This document shows positions 1-10,747 of a DNA stretch of 64,000 nt, piece by piece. Source of the DNA: an uncultured delta proteobacterium (lineage in GTDB: Bacteria > Desulfobacterota > Desulfobacteria > Desulfobacterales > JAHEIW01); NCBI GenBank assembly GCA_963706575.1, contig CAVPNL010000002.1:1-64000 (forward strand). Reading direction: 5' to 3'. The notes below the pieces were generated by a model that was given only the letters and a program-made list of their open reading frames with translations, was not told the DNA's origin and made no database searches. Positions within the stretch are counted from its first letter, which is position 1, and each line of letters starts with the position of its first letter. The translations under genes and the position numbers were made by a program.

Positions 1-9
1 GCCTCACGA

Positions 10-972
10 ATGTTGATCGGGTCTAATGGAGATACCCTGGGTTCCATAGGCGGAGGCCGACTCGAGGCTGAAGCCCTTGAATCAGCATACGCTTTGCTCC
101 ATAAGTCGGGTGGTCTGCTTCTTGATATATCCATGACTGGACATGAAGTTGCGGAAACCGAAATGATCTGTGGTGGCCAAGCAAGAATTTATGTGGAATT
201 ACTGTCTTCGGAAGCCCTTCCTTTTATCAGAGAGCTTAATGAAAAATTTTCGAAAAAAATAGATGCCTTTTTTCTGACATGGATATGGATAGATAATAAG
301 AAGAGGTCTTTTAAAGAGACCCATTGTATCTTGGAACCAGCCGAAAAAATGAACGAAGAATCCAAGCTGCCACATGCAATAGCCGTCGAGGTCAACAAAG
401 CAATCGAACACGGGGATGTCACTGCGCTCATTTCTCATCCGGAAGGTGAAGGTTTTCTGTTTTTGGAGCCTCTCAGACGATCCTCCACCCTTTATATCTA
501 TGGCGGTGGGCATATTTCATTAGATCTTGCCTGGATGGCTGAGCGCGTTGGCTTTCAGGTAATTGTTGTTGACGACCGAAAGGCATTTGCTAATCGGGAT
601 AGATTCCCGATGGCATTGGACGTCTGGGTGGTTCCCTACAAAGAGGCGCTAAAGGATGTTGAACTGGGATACGACGACTTTGTTGTAATTGTGACGCGTG
701 GTCACCTCTTTGATCTGGATGTGCTAAGAGAAGTGATCGTTCAATCGCCGGAGTACATCGGCATGATCGGCAGCCGCCGTAAAAAGGCCATGATTTTTGG
801 CCAGCTTCAAAAGGAAGGCATTTCTCAAAAAAGACTCGACGCGGTCCATGCGCCGATCGGCCTTGACATAAAAGCTGAAACACCGGCGGAGATTTCCATT
901 AGTATCATAGCTGAAATGATCATGGTCCGAGCAGAAAGTAGAGGATCCGAGAAGAAAAATTGGCATGTCTGA
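10..972 (+). CDS. xdhC: XdhC/CoxI family molybdenum-enzyme accessory protein (5' end probably outside window)
   Basis: GSIGGGRLE, MICGG, LYIYGGGHIS, VIVTRGH, YIGMIGSRRK and APIGLDIKAETPAEISISIIAE motifs typical of XdhC. Confidence 0.9.
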   Translation: MLIGSNGDTLGSIGGGRLEAEALESAYALLHKSGGLLLDISMTGHEVAETEMICGGQARIYVELLSSEALPFIRELNEKFSKKIDAFFLTWIWIDNKKRSFKETHCILEPAEKMNEESKLPHAIAVEVNKAIEHGDVTALISHPEGEGFLFLEPLRRSSTLYIYGGGHISLDLAWMAERVGFQVIVVDDRKAFANRDRFPMALDVWVVPYKEALKDVELGYDDFVVIVTRGHLFDLDVLREVIVQSPEYIGMIGSRRKKAMIFGQLQKEGISQKRLDAVHAPIGLDIKAETPAEISISIIAEMIMVRAESRGSEKKNWHV

Positions 973-1230
973 CGGAACTCTGTCTCAGTTACGGCTTGGG
1001 TGGTAAAAGAATTATAGGCAACCATGACCACAACTCTTACAAAAAGACATCTGTATTTGGTATTTTGAAAAGGGTGGCAAAGTCTGCACCGAACTCGTCC
1101 CAGATTGAGCTAACGCCAGATCAACAGCATTGAATCCTTTTTGACTTTTGCTAAGGGTAGATTGAACAAGTTATACGGAATTGTTGATTCTATTCTTATT
1201 TTCATTCAAAAGAATATGAGTTTAGTTTAT

Positions 1231-2791
1231 ATGGATATTTCGCACCAGAACCTTATCTTGATCAATACCAATATTATAACCCTAGATCCATTCTCTCCTC
1301 AGGCTACCTGGGTAGCAATCAAGAATGATAAAATCGTCACAACCGGACACGGAAAAGATTGGAAAAATTTTAAATATAAAAATACCGGCATTATCGACTG
1401 CAGAAAAAAAACAGTTATCCCAGGCCTCATCGATGCCCACCTTCATCTTGTCTCCTATGCCAAAAGCTTTGTAACACCGGACCTCAGTCCGGGCAAGAAT
1501 GTTCATTCGATCTCAGATATTCAATCAATTTTTAAGAACTGTGCGCGCAACCGGTCATCCGGCCAATGGATCTTTGGCAGAGGGTATAATGAATTCTATT
1601 TGGCAGAAAAGCGACATCCCTCCCGCTGGGACCTTGATAAGGTAACGCCGGGCCATCCCGTCCGGCTAACACATCGATCGGGACACGCCCATGTTCTCAA
1701 CACCTTGGCGCTTAAGCTTATTGGGATGACCGGAGAAACCGGTGATCCGGAGGGCGGCATGATTGAGCGGGATTTGAAAACAGGTGAGCCGACTGGATTA
1801 CTCTACGAAATGGGAGATTTTTTATCTGATCGAGTTCTCCCGTTTGCCCCGGCAGAGCTTGAAAAGGGTTTACAGCTTGGCGGAATAGAACTTATTTCTC
1901 TGGGCTGCAACAAGTGTCCAGGATGCATCATCCCGCAACGATACGCAGCAATTCGAAACTTTCAATCCTGGAAAGAATCCGGCATTCTGCAACCCCCGGT
2001 GAATCTGATGCTGGGAATTTATGGTTTTAAAAACAATAACAAGCAATACCATTCAATCAAGTTAATCGAAAACCAACTGCGGTTGGGTGCCGTCAAAATT
2101 ATTGTGGATGATACCACCGGCCAGCTGCATCCATCTCAGTCGGAATTAAACGAAATGGTGTTCGAGGTCCATCATGCCGGGCAGCAAATTGCTATTCATG
2201 CGCTCGAAGAAAAAGCTGTCAATGCTGCCTTCGCCAGGCCATCGAATTTGCCCTGGAGAAGTCTCCCGCAAAAGACCACCGCCACGCACCGAGCACTGCT
2301 CCGTGGTGTCGCCGGATTTAGCCCGCAAAATCGCATCCCTTGATATCACGGTGGTGACCCAACCCGCATTTATCTATTTTCACGGTGAACGCTTTCTCGA
2401 CACCGTCCCAGATGAGCAATTGAAACATCTGTACCCGATCAGAACCCTTCTTGATCATGGAATCAACGTCGCAGGGAGTTCGGATTGTCCGATTGTGCCG
2501 CCTGACCCTTTGATCGGAATAAATGCGGCGATGCGAAGATTGACTACAACAGGAGACATTGTCGGCGGCAAAGAGAAAATCCAGCCCACCGCCGCGTTGC
2601 AGATGTACACCCTGAATGCCGCCCGGGCCACTTTTGAAGAAACCATTAAAGGTACCATCACACCGGGGAAACTCGACAGTCTGGTGGTCTTGAACGCTGA
2701 CCCAACCCGACTTATGGCGGATGAGTTCAGAAACCTGCAGGTTGATAAGACAATTATCGGAGGAAAAGTTGTTTGGGAAAGAAATCGATAG
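1231..2791 (+). CDS. Amidohydrolase family 3 (YtcJ-like), frameshifted
   Basis: VIPGLIDAHLH, SGHAHVLNTLAL, GEPTGLLYE, IAIHA, EHCS, AGSSDCP, GTITPGK, TIIGGKVVW; split across ORFs 1141..2343 and 2174..2791. Confidence 0.85.
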
Positions 2792-2983
2792 TAGATTGCT
2801 CTTTAATTAATATTTCAATTTAGCCTTTAATACAGTCACAGCCCGTTTTATCGTTTCCAGGTGTCAGACACCGGAAATACTGTCCCTGAAACTTGGACGC
2901 TGAAACCCGAAATCTTGACACGGTATCACTCTCTAAAGAAGGGGAAATAATTTTTTGTGTGATGTTATTTCGGAATCACCATA

Positions 2984-4173
2984 TTAGGCGATGATCCCCT
3001 GCTCAATATACGATCGAATGGTGGTCTTCTTCATACCGAGCAATTCTTCAAAAACGTATTGATTTGCTTCGCCGAGGAGGGGGGAAGCCTTCCTGGGTGC
3101 TTGGCGACAATTTTTAAATCTAATGGGGTATGTATCTGTTTTTATCTCACCCAGGACCGGATGTTTCAGGGAAGTGAAAAAATTATTGGCGAATAGCTGG
3201 CGGATCGTTGGCCAAATCCTCAGCATTCTGAACGACACCGGCTGCAATGCCCGCTTGCTGAAGACTGGCTGCCACGTCTTCGGCCGTCTGTCCCGCCGTC
3301 CACTCACCAATATGTCTATCCAGTATTTCCTTATGCTTCTTCCGGCCTGCCAGGAATGTAAACTTATCCTCCTCAGACCAGGCGGGATGTCCAAGAACGC
3401 CGAGCAGCGATTGCCATTCATCTTCGGTATAAACTGCGATGACGCACCAGCGATCCTCTCCCGAACATTTATAACAGCCGTAGGGCGCCGCAGGTCGTTG
3501 TTGGGCTTCGTTTCCTTCAGGCACAATCTGATTTTGATTAAAGCCTGCATCTATCAGAGCCGGGCCGATCGTAGTGCAGACGGCTTCATATTCGGATAGA
3601 TCGATGGATTGACCCTGCCCGCATCGGTCGCGATGTTCCAGGGCTGCCAGAATTGAGATCGCTCCATATAGTCCGGAGATTATGTCTGCGTGGGCATAGC
3701 CTAAGCCCATTGGAGCCTCCCGGGAGTAGGACGTAAGATAGGTAAGTCCTCCCAGTGATTGCACCGTGGGTCCGTAGGCAACAAAATCTTTCCATGGTCC
3801 GTTCTGCCCGGTCGCCGACATGCTTAACATAATGAGATTTTCGTTCGACTTTATGAGGGTAGCATAATCCAGATCCCAGTTTGACATCACACGGGGTGAA
3901 AAGTTTTCCACCACGATATCGCTGATTTTAACCAGTTTTAAAAATATCTCCCTGGCCTCGTGTTGATCCATATCCAGGGTAATACTTCTTTTGTTTCGAT
4001 TCCAGGGCGCAAAAATACGGTGTTGTATTCGACTCGATCCCCGTTGCCATTTTGGCCGATTGGACCTTGATCACCTCGGCGCCAAAGTCTGCCAGCAGGC
4101 GCGTGGTATACGGTCCGGCCACAATGCGGGTAAGATCAACAACTCGTAATCCCTTGAGGATAGCTGATTGCAT
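2984..4173 (-). CDS. Family III (CaiB/BaiF) CoA-transferase, BbsF-like subunit with catalytic Asp, frameshifted
   Basis: [66 protein letters not shown]; three ORF pieces. Confidence 0.85.
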
Positions 4174-4183
4174 AAGACCTTAT

Positions 4184-5400
4184 TTAGATGACATGGTTGC
4201 TATAAAGCCATTTCATATTTTTTCCCGATAAGCCCAGCTCCTGCCGATAGATCATCTCATTGTGCTCACCGGGCTGAGGCGCGGGATTGATCCGGGCATC
4301 AATATTGCCGCTCGTTTTATATGGAGTGCCGGGGAAGCTGACGGTTTTTCCAGATCCGGCCTCTTTTTGTTCAATGAAAAAATTGCGTGCTTTGAGCTGG
4401 GGACAATTGATGACGTCATTCGGCGTTCGAACCGGTGCCCACGGAAACCGCATCAATTGCGCCAGCTCAAAAATCTCATCAACCCTATGTGTGATTGTCC
4501 ATTTCTCCAAAACCGCAATAACGTGTTCCAGGTTTTGGCGCTGTAGCCTTCATCCAGCCATTTTTCATCTACCAGATCTTCGGCCATGCCTTCAGTTGCC
4601 AGCCACTCAATCAAGGTTTTCCATTTTTGAAAAAGCGTCACATGGATGAAGCCGTCCTGGCATGGCAGGATAACAAAGCCTTCATTCCAGTGAAGGCTCT
4701 CCTGCCTCCGGTAAATGATGCCTTCTGTAAAATAACGAACCATGACATGTTCCAGGGTCGCGGTGACGGAGGCCTGCAAAGAAATATCAAGGTGTTCACC
4801 GGTTCCTGTTTTCGCCCGGTTGCGCACTGCCAGGAGAATAGCGGTTGCCGCAAATAACGAGGCCGCATAATACGATTGATCGCCGAAAGATTTAAGTGGG
4901 GGGGCGGACGGAGATCCGCAAACGTACATCTGCCCCCCGTAAGCGGAGGCTACCAGGTCGCTGGTTTTATAATCTCTTCGGGGGCCATTTTGCCCAAAAC
5001 CGGTAACGGATGCCAAAATGAGTTTTGGATTGAAGCTGCTGAGGGCTTCATAATCCAGCCCCAGCCGGGTTTGATCCTCCAGGGCGAAGGTATGAACGAC
5101 CACATCGGTGTCCGCCACCAGCTTCGAAAAAATCGATTGGCCTTTGTCTTGCTCCAGATCCAGAGTGATGGACAGTTTGTTGATATTGCTGTAAAAAAAG
5201 GGGATGCTGTCTTTCGAGCGGGATTTGTCTTTAAAGAAAGGGCCTATATTTCGTGAGGCATCGCCGCCGGGTTTTTCCACCTTAATGACACGCGCCCCCA
5301 TATCTGCCAGGAGCCTGGTGCAAAAACTGGCTTTTTCATCGGCAAAATCTAAAATACGCAAACAATGTAAAAAACCATTTTGGTTGGCAGCTAATTCCAT
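4184..5400 (-). CDS. Family III CoA-transferase, BbsE-like subunit, frameshifted
   Basis: LRILDFADEKASFCTRLLADMGARVIKVEKPGGD, SVTGFGQNGP, PAPQPGEHN; no Asp at the usual catalytic position (GDQSYYAASLF). Confidence 0.85.
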
Positions 5401-5405
5401 CTTGC

Positions 5406-6365
5406 TTAATTATTCAATCGTTTGAGAATATATTCATATCCCTCAACCAATTGTCGAACCACGTCCCCGGCCGGAAGTATATGCTTGATTAATCCGGCCG
5501 ATGCACCGCAGTAAGCTTCGCCGCCATTCAGATTGCCCTCTATCTGGGCGGTTCGGTTGCTGCGATAGCCAATGAATTCTTTAATATCCCCGGCGGCGGC
5601 CCCTGATCTCTCGAGCTCCAGGATGGTGTTTGTGAATTTTGTCTTCAGGCTTCTGGTCGGCACAATGCTGCGGCCCGTTATCACCGTATCCGTATCCCGG
5701 GCATCCACAATGGCCTGCTTGTAATTCAGGTGGGCTGCATTTTCATTAACCGCGATAAAACGGGTTCCCAGTTGCACCGCTTCCGCTCCAAGGGCAAAGG
5801 CGGCAACCACGCCCCTGGCATCCGCAATGCCGCCGGCCGCAATTACCGGAATGGATATCGCATCAACCACCTGTGGGATCAATGCAAATAGCGGCAATTC
5901 ATCCGCTCCGTTATGGGCGCCGGCTTCAATACCCTCGGCAATCACACCATCGACACCACAGGATTCGGCTTTTCGGGCCTGTTTAACCGAGCTTGAAACA
6001 TGCAACACGGTTACCCCTGCGTTCTTCAGAACGTCTGCAAATCGAGCTGGATTGCCAGCAGCCGTTATTACAATTTTCACTTTTTCACCAAGGGCAACTT
6101 CCACCAGTAAATCCGCATAGTCCAAATCCAGCGCAATATTTACCCCGAAGGGTCTGGCAGTCAGCCGTTTAATTCTGGACAACTGGTCTTTGAAGTTTTT
6201 GGCCGGCACACCCTCTTTTTCCATCCCGGCCAGGGGGCTGATCACTCCTAACGCGCCGGCATTTGACACCGCTGCCGCAAGATCAGCAGTCGCGATCCAT
6301 AACATGCCGCCCTGGAGAATGGGGAAATCTATGTCCAAAAGATCACAAACCCGTGTGCGCCGCAT
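5406..6365 (-). CDS. Nitronate monooxygenase / FabK-like FMN oxidoreductase
   Basis: TRVCDLLDIDFPILQGGM, AVSNAGALG, EGIEAGAH, PVIAAGGIADARG, VQLGTRF. Start taken at MRRTRV (6365); the 6518 extension overlaps a real small gene. Confidence 0.85.
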   Translation of the reverse strand: MRRTRVCDLLDIDFPILQGGMLWIATADLAAAVSNAGALGVISPLAGMEKEGVPAKNFKDQLSRIKRLTARPFGVNIALDLDYADLLVEVALGEKVKIVITAAGNPARFADVLKNAGVTVLHVSSSVKQARKAESCGVDGVIAEGIEAGAHNGADELPLFALIPQVVDAISIPVIAAGGIADARGVVAAFALGAEAVQLGTRFIAVNENAAHLNYKQAIVDARDTDTVITGRSIVPTRSLKTKFTNTILELERSGAAAGDIKEFIGYRSNRTAQIEGNLNGGEAYCGASAGLIKHILPAGDVVRQLVEGYEYILKRLNN

Positions 6366-6387
6366 CAATGTTGCCTTTGTTTTGGAA

Positions 6388-6528
6388 CTAATCGGATGAC
6401 TTCTCTTTATTAGGTTGCTGCAATTCCATCTTTTTTCCACAACACACCGCATCACCGTCAGCCGGCTTGGTGCAAAGAATCTCTGTACCGCAGGCCTCAC
6501 AACGATATCGTTTCCCAAGCTGTACCAT
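6388..6528 (-). CDS. Desulforedoxin-like mini-protein, 46 aa (not in ORF track)
   Basis: Manual translation MVQLGKRYRCEACGTEILCTKPADGDAVCCGKKMELQQPNKEKSSD; CxxC-x15-CC; GGAGG RBS upstream. Confidence 0.85.
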   Translation of the reverse strand: MVQLGKRYRCEACGTEILCTKPADGDAVCCGKKMELQQPNKEKSSD

Positions 6529-6580
6529 GAACGTTTACCTCCACATTACGTGTTTTGAAAGGTGTTATTAATTACAAGTT

Positions 6581-6700
6581 TTACTTCTTGATTTCCATCT
6601 TTTTCCCGCAGCAATGCAGCTCCCCGTCACCGCCACGGGTCACGATAAATTCTGCCCCACACACCGTGCAGACATATCTTTTCCCAACTTGATTTGCCAT
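6581..6700 (-). CDS. Desulforedoxin-like mini-protein, 39 aa (not in ORF track)
   Basis: Manual translation MANQVGKRYVCTVCGAEFIVTRGGDGELHCCGKKMEIKK; CxxC-x15-CC; GGGAG RBS upstream. Confidence 0.85.
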   Translation of the reverse strand: MANQVGKRYVCTVCGAEFIVTRGGDGELHCCGKKMEIKK

Positions 6701-6796
6701 GTTTTCACTTATCTCCCTATTTAATATTGAATTATCCTGCCCGAGCCGCAGGCGTCAAAGCTTATTTATTTTACATTCGAGGACGAAACAAACAGA

Positions 6797-8084
6797 TTAA
6801 AGCTTTCCGTATTTTTCTTTGAGCTTCTTTTTCAGAACTTTCCCCATCGGATTGCGTGGCAGTGAATCTATGAAAAAGACAGACCCGGGCCTTTTAAAAC
6901 CGGCCAGCCGGGATCGGCAATGCGCCAAAACTTCATCCGTGTCGGCGTCTTCTCCTTTTTTGAGAACCACGATCGCACAAGGCTCTTGGCCCCAATCGGG
7001 ATGCGGGATGCCGATGACTGCCGCCTCATCGATTTTGGGGTGGGCGTGCAGGACGTCTTCCACTTCTTCCGGGGAAATATTCTTCCCCCCCGCGGATGAT
7101 CATGTCATCACCGCGACCGGCCAGGTAAATATACCCATCCTCATCCATCCATCCCTTATCACCGGTTCGCAACCACCCGTCGGCGGTGATCACCTGGGCA
7201 CTCTTGTCCGCATCCCCCCAGTAACCCTTCATCATTCGGGGTCCGGCAAAAATCTCGCCAACCTGGTTGGCATGCAGTGCAGTGCCTTTATCATCGACAA
7301 TTTTCACTTCCACATCCGCCAGGGGGCCTCCCAATGGAGGCGGCCAGACGTTTGAGCTTCTTTACCTTATCGGCCTCTGTCCCTTCAATAATGTGGTCTG
7401 CGGGACCCAAAATCGTAATTGTCGATGCGGTTTCGGTCTGACCAAAGGCATTAATAAACCGTACCCCGGGCATTTCCTCAATGGCTTTTTGAATAACATT
7501 CAATGGCATGGGCGCCGCCCCGTAAGTGATGACCCGCAGGCTAGACAAATCATAATTGTGAAAGTCGGGATTCTCGATCACCCATTTTAACATGGTTGGC
7601 ACCAGCATTGCCCGCGTCACTTTTTCTTCCTGCGCCGTCTTCAGCCACTCCTTCACCTCAAACTGACGCATCAGGACCAACGTGCGCCCTCCGTATATCC
7701 CGGCTAAAACAGCCTGCATCCCGGCCACATGGTAAAGCGGCACCGTCAGCAGATTCCTTTCTTCAATCTCCGGACTGGCCGGCTCTACATTGCCCAGGAT
7801 ATCCGGGGAAACAAATCCGCTGTGCGTCAACGGAACCCCTTTAGGCCGCCCGGTTGTCCCGGCGGTATACATTAAAATAGTGATGTCATCATCACCAATT
7901 TCAGCCGTCGCTTCATCCGAACTGGCGGAATCGATCAGGTCCTCATAAAAAGGGTTTCATCCCCTCGCACATCGACACTAATGCAGGTCTTGACCGAGGG
8001 CAACTGCGGCAGTATCCCTTTAACCATATCAAAATACCGTGCTCCTGTCAGCAAAACGGCTGCTTCGGCATTACCAATCATATG
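6797..8084 (-). CDS. Acyl-CoA synthetase (AMP-forming), frameshifted and 5'-truncated
   Basis: MYTAGTTGRPKGV, NAFGQTET, GWLRTGD, GRGDDMIIRGGE, LPRNPMGKVLK. Ligase-like sequence extends upstream only to HMIGNAEAAVLL at ~8084; the N-terminus is missing. Confidence 0.8.
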
Positions 8085-9433
8085 TTCTATTTGAAAACAA
8101 TAATATTGTAGTCCCTTTAGATGTTGTAAAAATATTTAGCAAGATGATCGAGTTTGAGCTATGGACGACCAAGCCGAACGGAAAGATTCCGCTTTTGGGT
8201 GATTCAGCTTTAGAGGATACCCATCAGCGTTTTTTGGCCATACGTGGCGGCCCGCCTTTTTTGAAGAGAAAAGATCTGAAACCGATCTCACCAACGCCCG
8301 AGGAATCTGAAATCTGGTTGTTAGGAAAAAAACGGATACAAGAATATGATAGCCTAGCTTCCGAGCCCGCTATGCTGAATTCAAGGTCTTTTCCGGAAGG
8401 AGGATATTTTGTCATGCGTGAAGGGCAGGATCCTCAATCTTTATATCTTTTGTTTGATTGTGGCCCTTTTGGCTATCCGCTTGCGCCTAATCACGGGCAT
8501 GCGGATGCGTTAAGCTTTGAAATACATGCTTGCGGACAAACGATATTGGTCGACCCAGGATATTATAGCGCTCATTTAGGAAATGACTGGCGAAATTTCT
8601 TTCGCGGGACGCATGCGCACAACACGATTGTGGTCGATAATCAGGATCAATCCTTGCTATTAGATACGCGCAGGGTACATCATCCGGCACAGGCCGAATT
8701 ACATAAATGGATAACAAGTGAGCACTTTGACTTTGTCGATGGTTCGCATAGCGGGTACAGACGGTTGCGAGAACCCATAAAACATCGCCGTCAAATTTTT
8801 TTTGTGAAATCCGAGTATTGGATCGTGATAGATGTGTTAACCGGTTCGGGAACACACACCTTTGATTCATTCTATCATATGATGCCGCATATTGAGACCC
8901 ATTTAGATAAAGAAACAGGATGCCTGAGGTGCAGCAACCAGAATGAAACCCTGTTTTATATAGTGCCCCTTTATTATAGAAATCTACAAGTCGATATTCT
9001 ATTGGGCAAAGCAAAACCTTTTCAAGGATGGGTTTCTCTTTATTCCGGTGAAAAGCAACCTGCGCCGGTATTGCGATATCGGAAAAAAACTTCAGCTCCT
9101 GCTGAATTTTGCACGGTAATCTACCCATGCGGTTCTACTCTAAAATCAGGGATTGCGGCCAGATCCGTAAATGTTAGAATTGATAATTCGCAAGCGAATA
9201 ATGAAGGAACAATCTCAGCTGTACGAATCGAAACGGACATGAATACGGATTATTTAGTCGTGGATAGAGGAAACAGTGGAACCCGAAAATTTTTTGACAA
9301 ATTTGAGACTGACGGACAGCTGGTGTATCTCCGGTTAGACAAGGAGGCCAGACAAATATTAAGGGCGATACAGATAGGGGGGGATTTTATGTATTTTAAA
9401 AACAAACCCATTACCGGATCCCTCCTGACTTAA
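8080..9433 (+). CDS. Heparinase II/III family protein, N-terminally truncated
   Basis: PNGKIPLLGDS, FPEGGYFVMR, HGHADALSF, LVDPGYY, FRGTHAHNTI; starts mid-domain with no RBS or plausible start. Confidence 0.8.
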
Positions 9434-9529
9434 TCCTGCTGCTGAATCTGGTTAACGCCGGCAACACAAAGCTATACCGTCAATTGTCAAAATTCTGTTA
9501 GGCAAGAAGCCATCTTAAAAACGGTTATT

Positions 9530-10741
9530 ATGAAAAAAAAGATCGCTTATATAATGGGGGAATTTCCCTATTTGACAACCACGTTTATCGATCGGGAAAT
9601 CCTTGAAGTAGAGAGAAACGGAATAAATCTCGTTTTAATTTCTATTCGGCAGCCGGATCCCTTTGAAATGACGCCAGAAGTAAGGCGTTTAGCCCAAAAA
9701 ACCAAATATATTCTTCCGGTAACCTGGTATAAGTTTTTGATGGCCAATTTATACCTGATGATAACCCGGGCCAAAGACTATTTTTCTACTCTTTTTTACC
9801 TTTTAACAGGGCCTCACGATAAGTTAAGTCTCAGAGCAAAAACAATACTGCATTTTGCTGAAGGAATCCGCGCTGCCGAAATATTAATCGCTGAGGGTGT
9901 AAATCATATACACGCCCACTTTGCCGATCGTGCGGCAATTGCAGCATTGGTTGCTTCAAGAATACTAAAAATCCCGTATAGTCTTACTGCCCATGCCAAT
10001 GATATTTATGTGTCACCAGTTATGTTATCGGAAAAGATAAAAAATGCGAAATTTACAACAACCTGTACTGCTTATAATAGGGATTATCTGGAAAGAAAAA
10101 TTGGGCAACGGGTTGAACTTATTTATCATGGAATTGAAATAAACGATAAGCATCCTGGTTCTCGGAAGCCAAAAAATGAGAGCTGTGCGCCTCTTATTCT
10201 TTCTGTCGGGCAATTAAATGAAAAGAAAGGTTTCTCATATCTTCTTGAAGCATGCGGCATTTTGAAATCACAGGGACGAAATATTCGATGTGAGATTATA
10301 GGTGAAGGCCCAGGGAGAAAAGATTTGCTCAGGCTCATTGATAACTTGGCCATAGATAAGACGGTCAGCCTCTGCGGAGCGCTGTCAAACGATGAAGTAA
10401 TGGCCAGATATGCCCAAGCCGATATTTTTGTATTACCCTGTGTTGTCGCCAGTGACAATGGCCGAGATGGAATTCCCAACGTGATCATCGAGGCTATGGC
10501 CAATCGATTGCCGGTCATATCCACCAGACTTTCCGGTATTCCGGAGGTGGTTGAACATAATGTCAACGGGCTATTGGTGCCTCCCAATGATTCGGCGGCA
10601 TTGGCAGCTGCGATTGCCAAACTATTGGATCAATACAAGCTTTGCGTTCGGTTGGGTTTGCAAGGACGCCTGAAAGTGGAACAAAATTTCGATATAAGGA
10701 AAAATACAAATTTTTTTATCGAGTTGTTGATGGGGATTTAA
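9530..10741 (+). CDS. Glycosyltransferase family 4 (WcaL-like)
   Basis: FPYLTTTFIDREI, HIHAHFA, SLTAHANDI, ILSVGQLNEKKG, DGIPNVIIEAMA. Confidence 0.9.
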   Translation: MKKKIAYIMGEFPYLTTTFIDREILEVERNGINLVLISIRQPDPFEMTPEVRRLAQKTKYILPVTWYKFLMANLYLMITRAKDYFSTLFYLLTGPHDKLSLRAKTILHFAEGIRAAEILIAEGVNHIHAHFADRAAIAALVASRILKIPYSLTAHANDIYVSPVMLSEKIKNAKFTTTCTAYNRDYLERKIGQRVELIYHGIEINDKHPGSRKPKNESCAPLILSVGQLNEKKGFSYLLEACGILKSQGRNIRCEIIGEGPGRKDLLRLIDNLAIDKTVSLCGALSNDEVMARYAQADIFVLPCVVASDNGRDGIPNVIIEAMANRLPVISTRLSGIPEVVEHNVNGLLVPPNDSAALAAAIAKLLDQYKLCVRLGLQGRLKVEQNFDIRKNTNFFIELLMGI

Positions 10742-10747
10742 TACCAA

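Noticed and set aside
966..1140. Possible IS remnant after xdhC
   Set aside because: No matching second end or recognisable transposase fragment.
5406..6518. N-terminal extension of the FabK/NMO-like ORF to 6518
   Set aside because: Family similarity starts at MRRTRV (6365); the extension overlaps the 46 aa Cys-motif gene in another frame.
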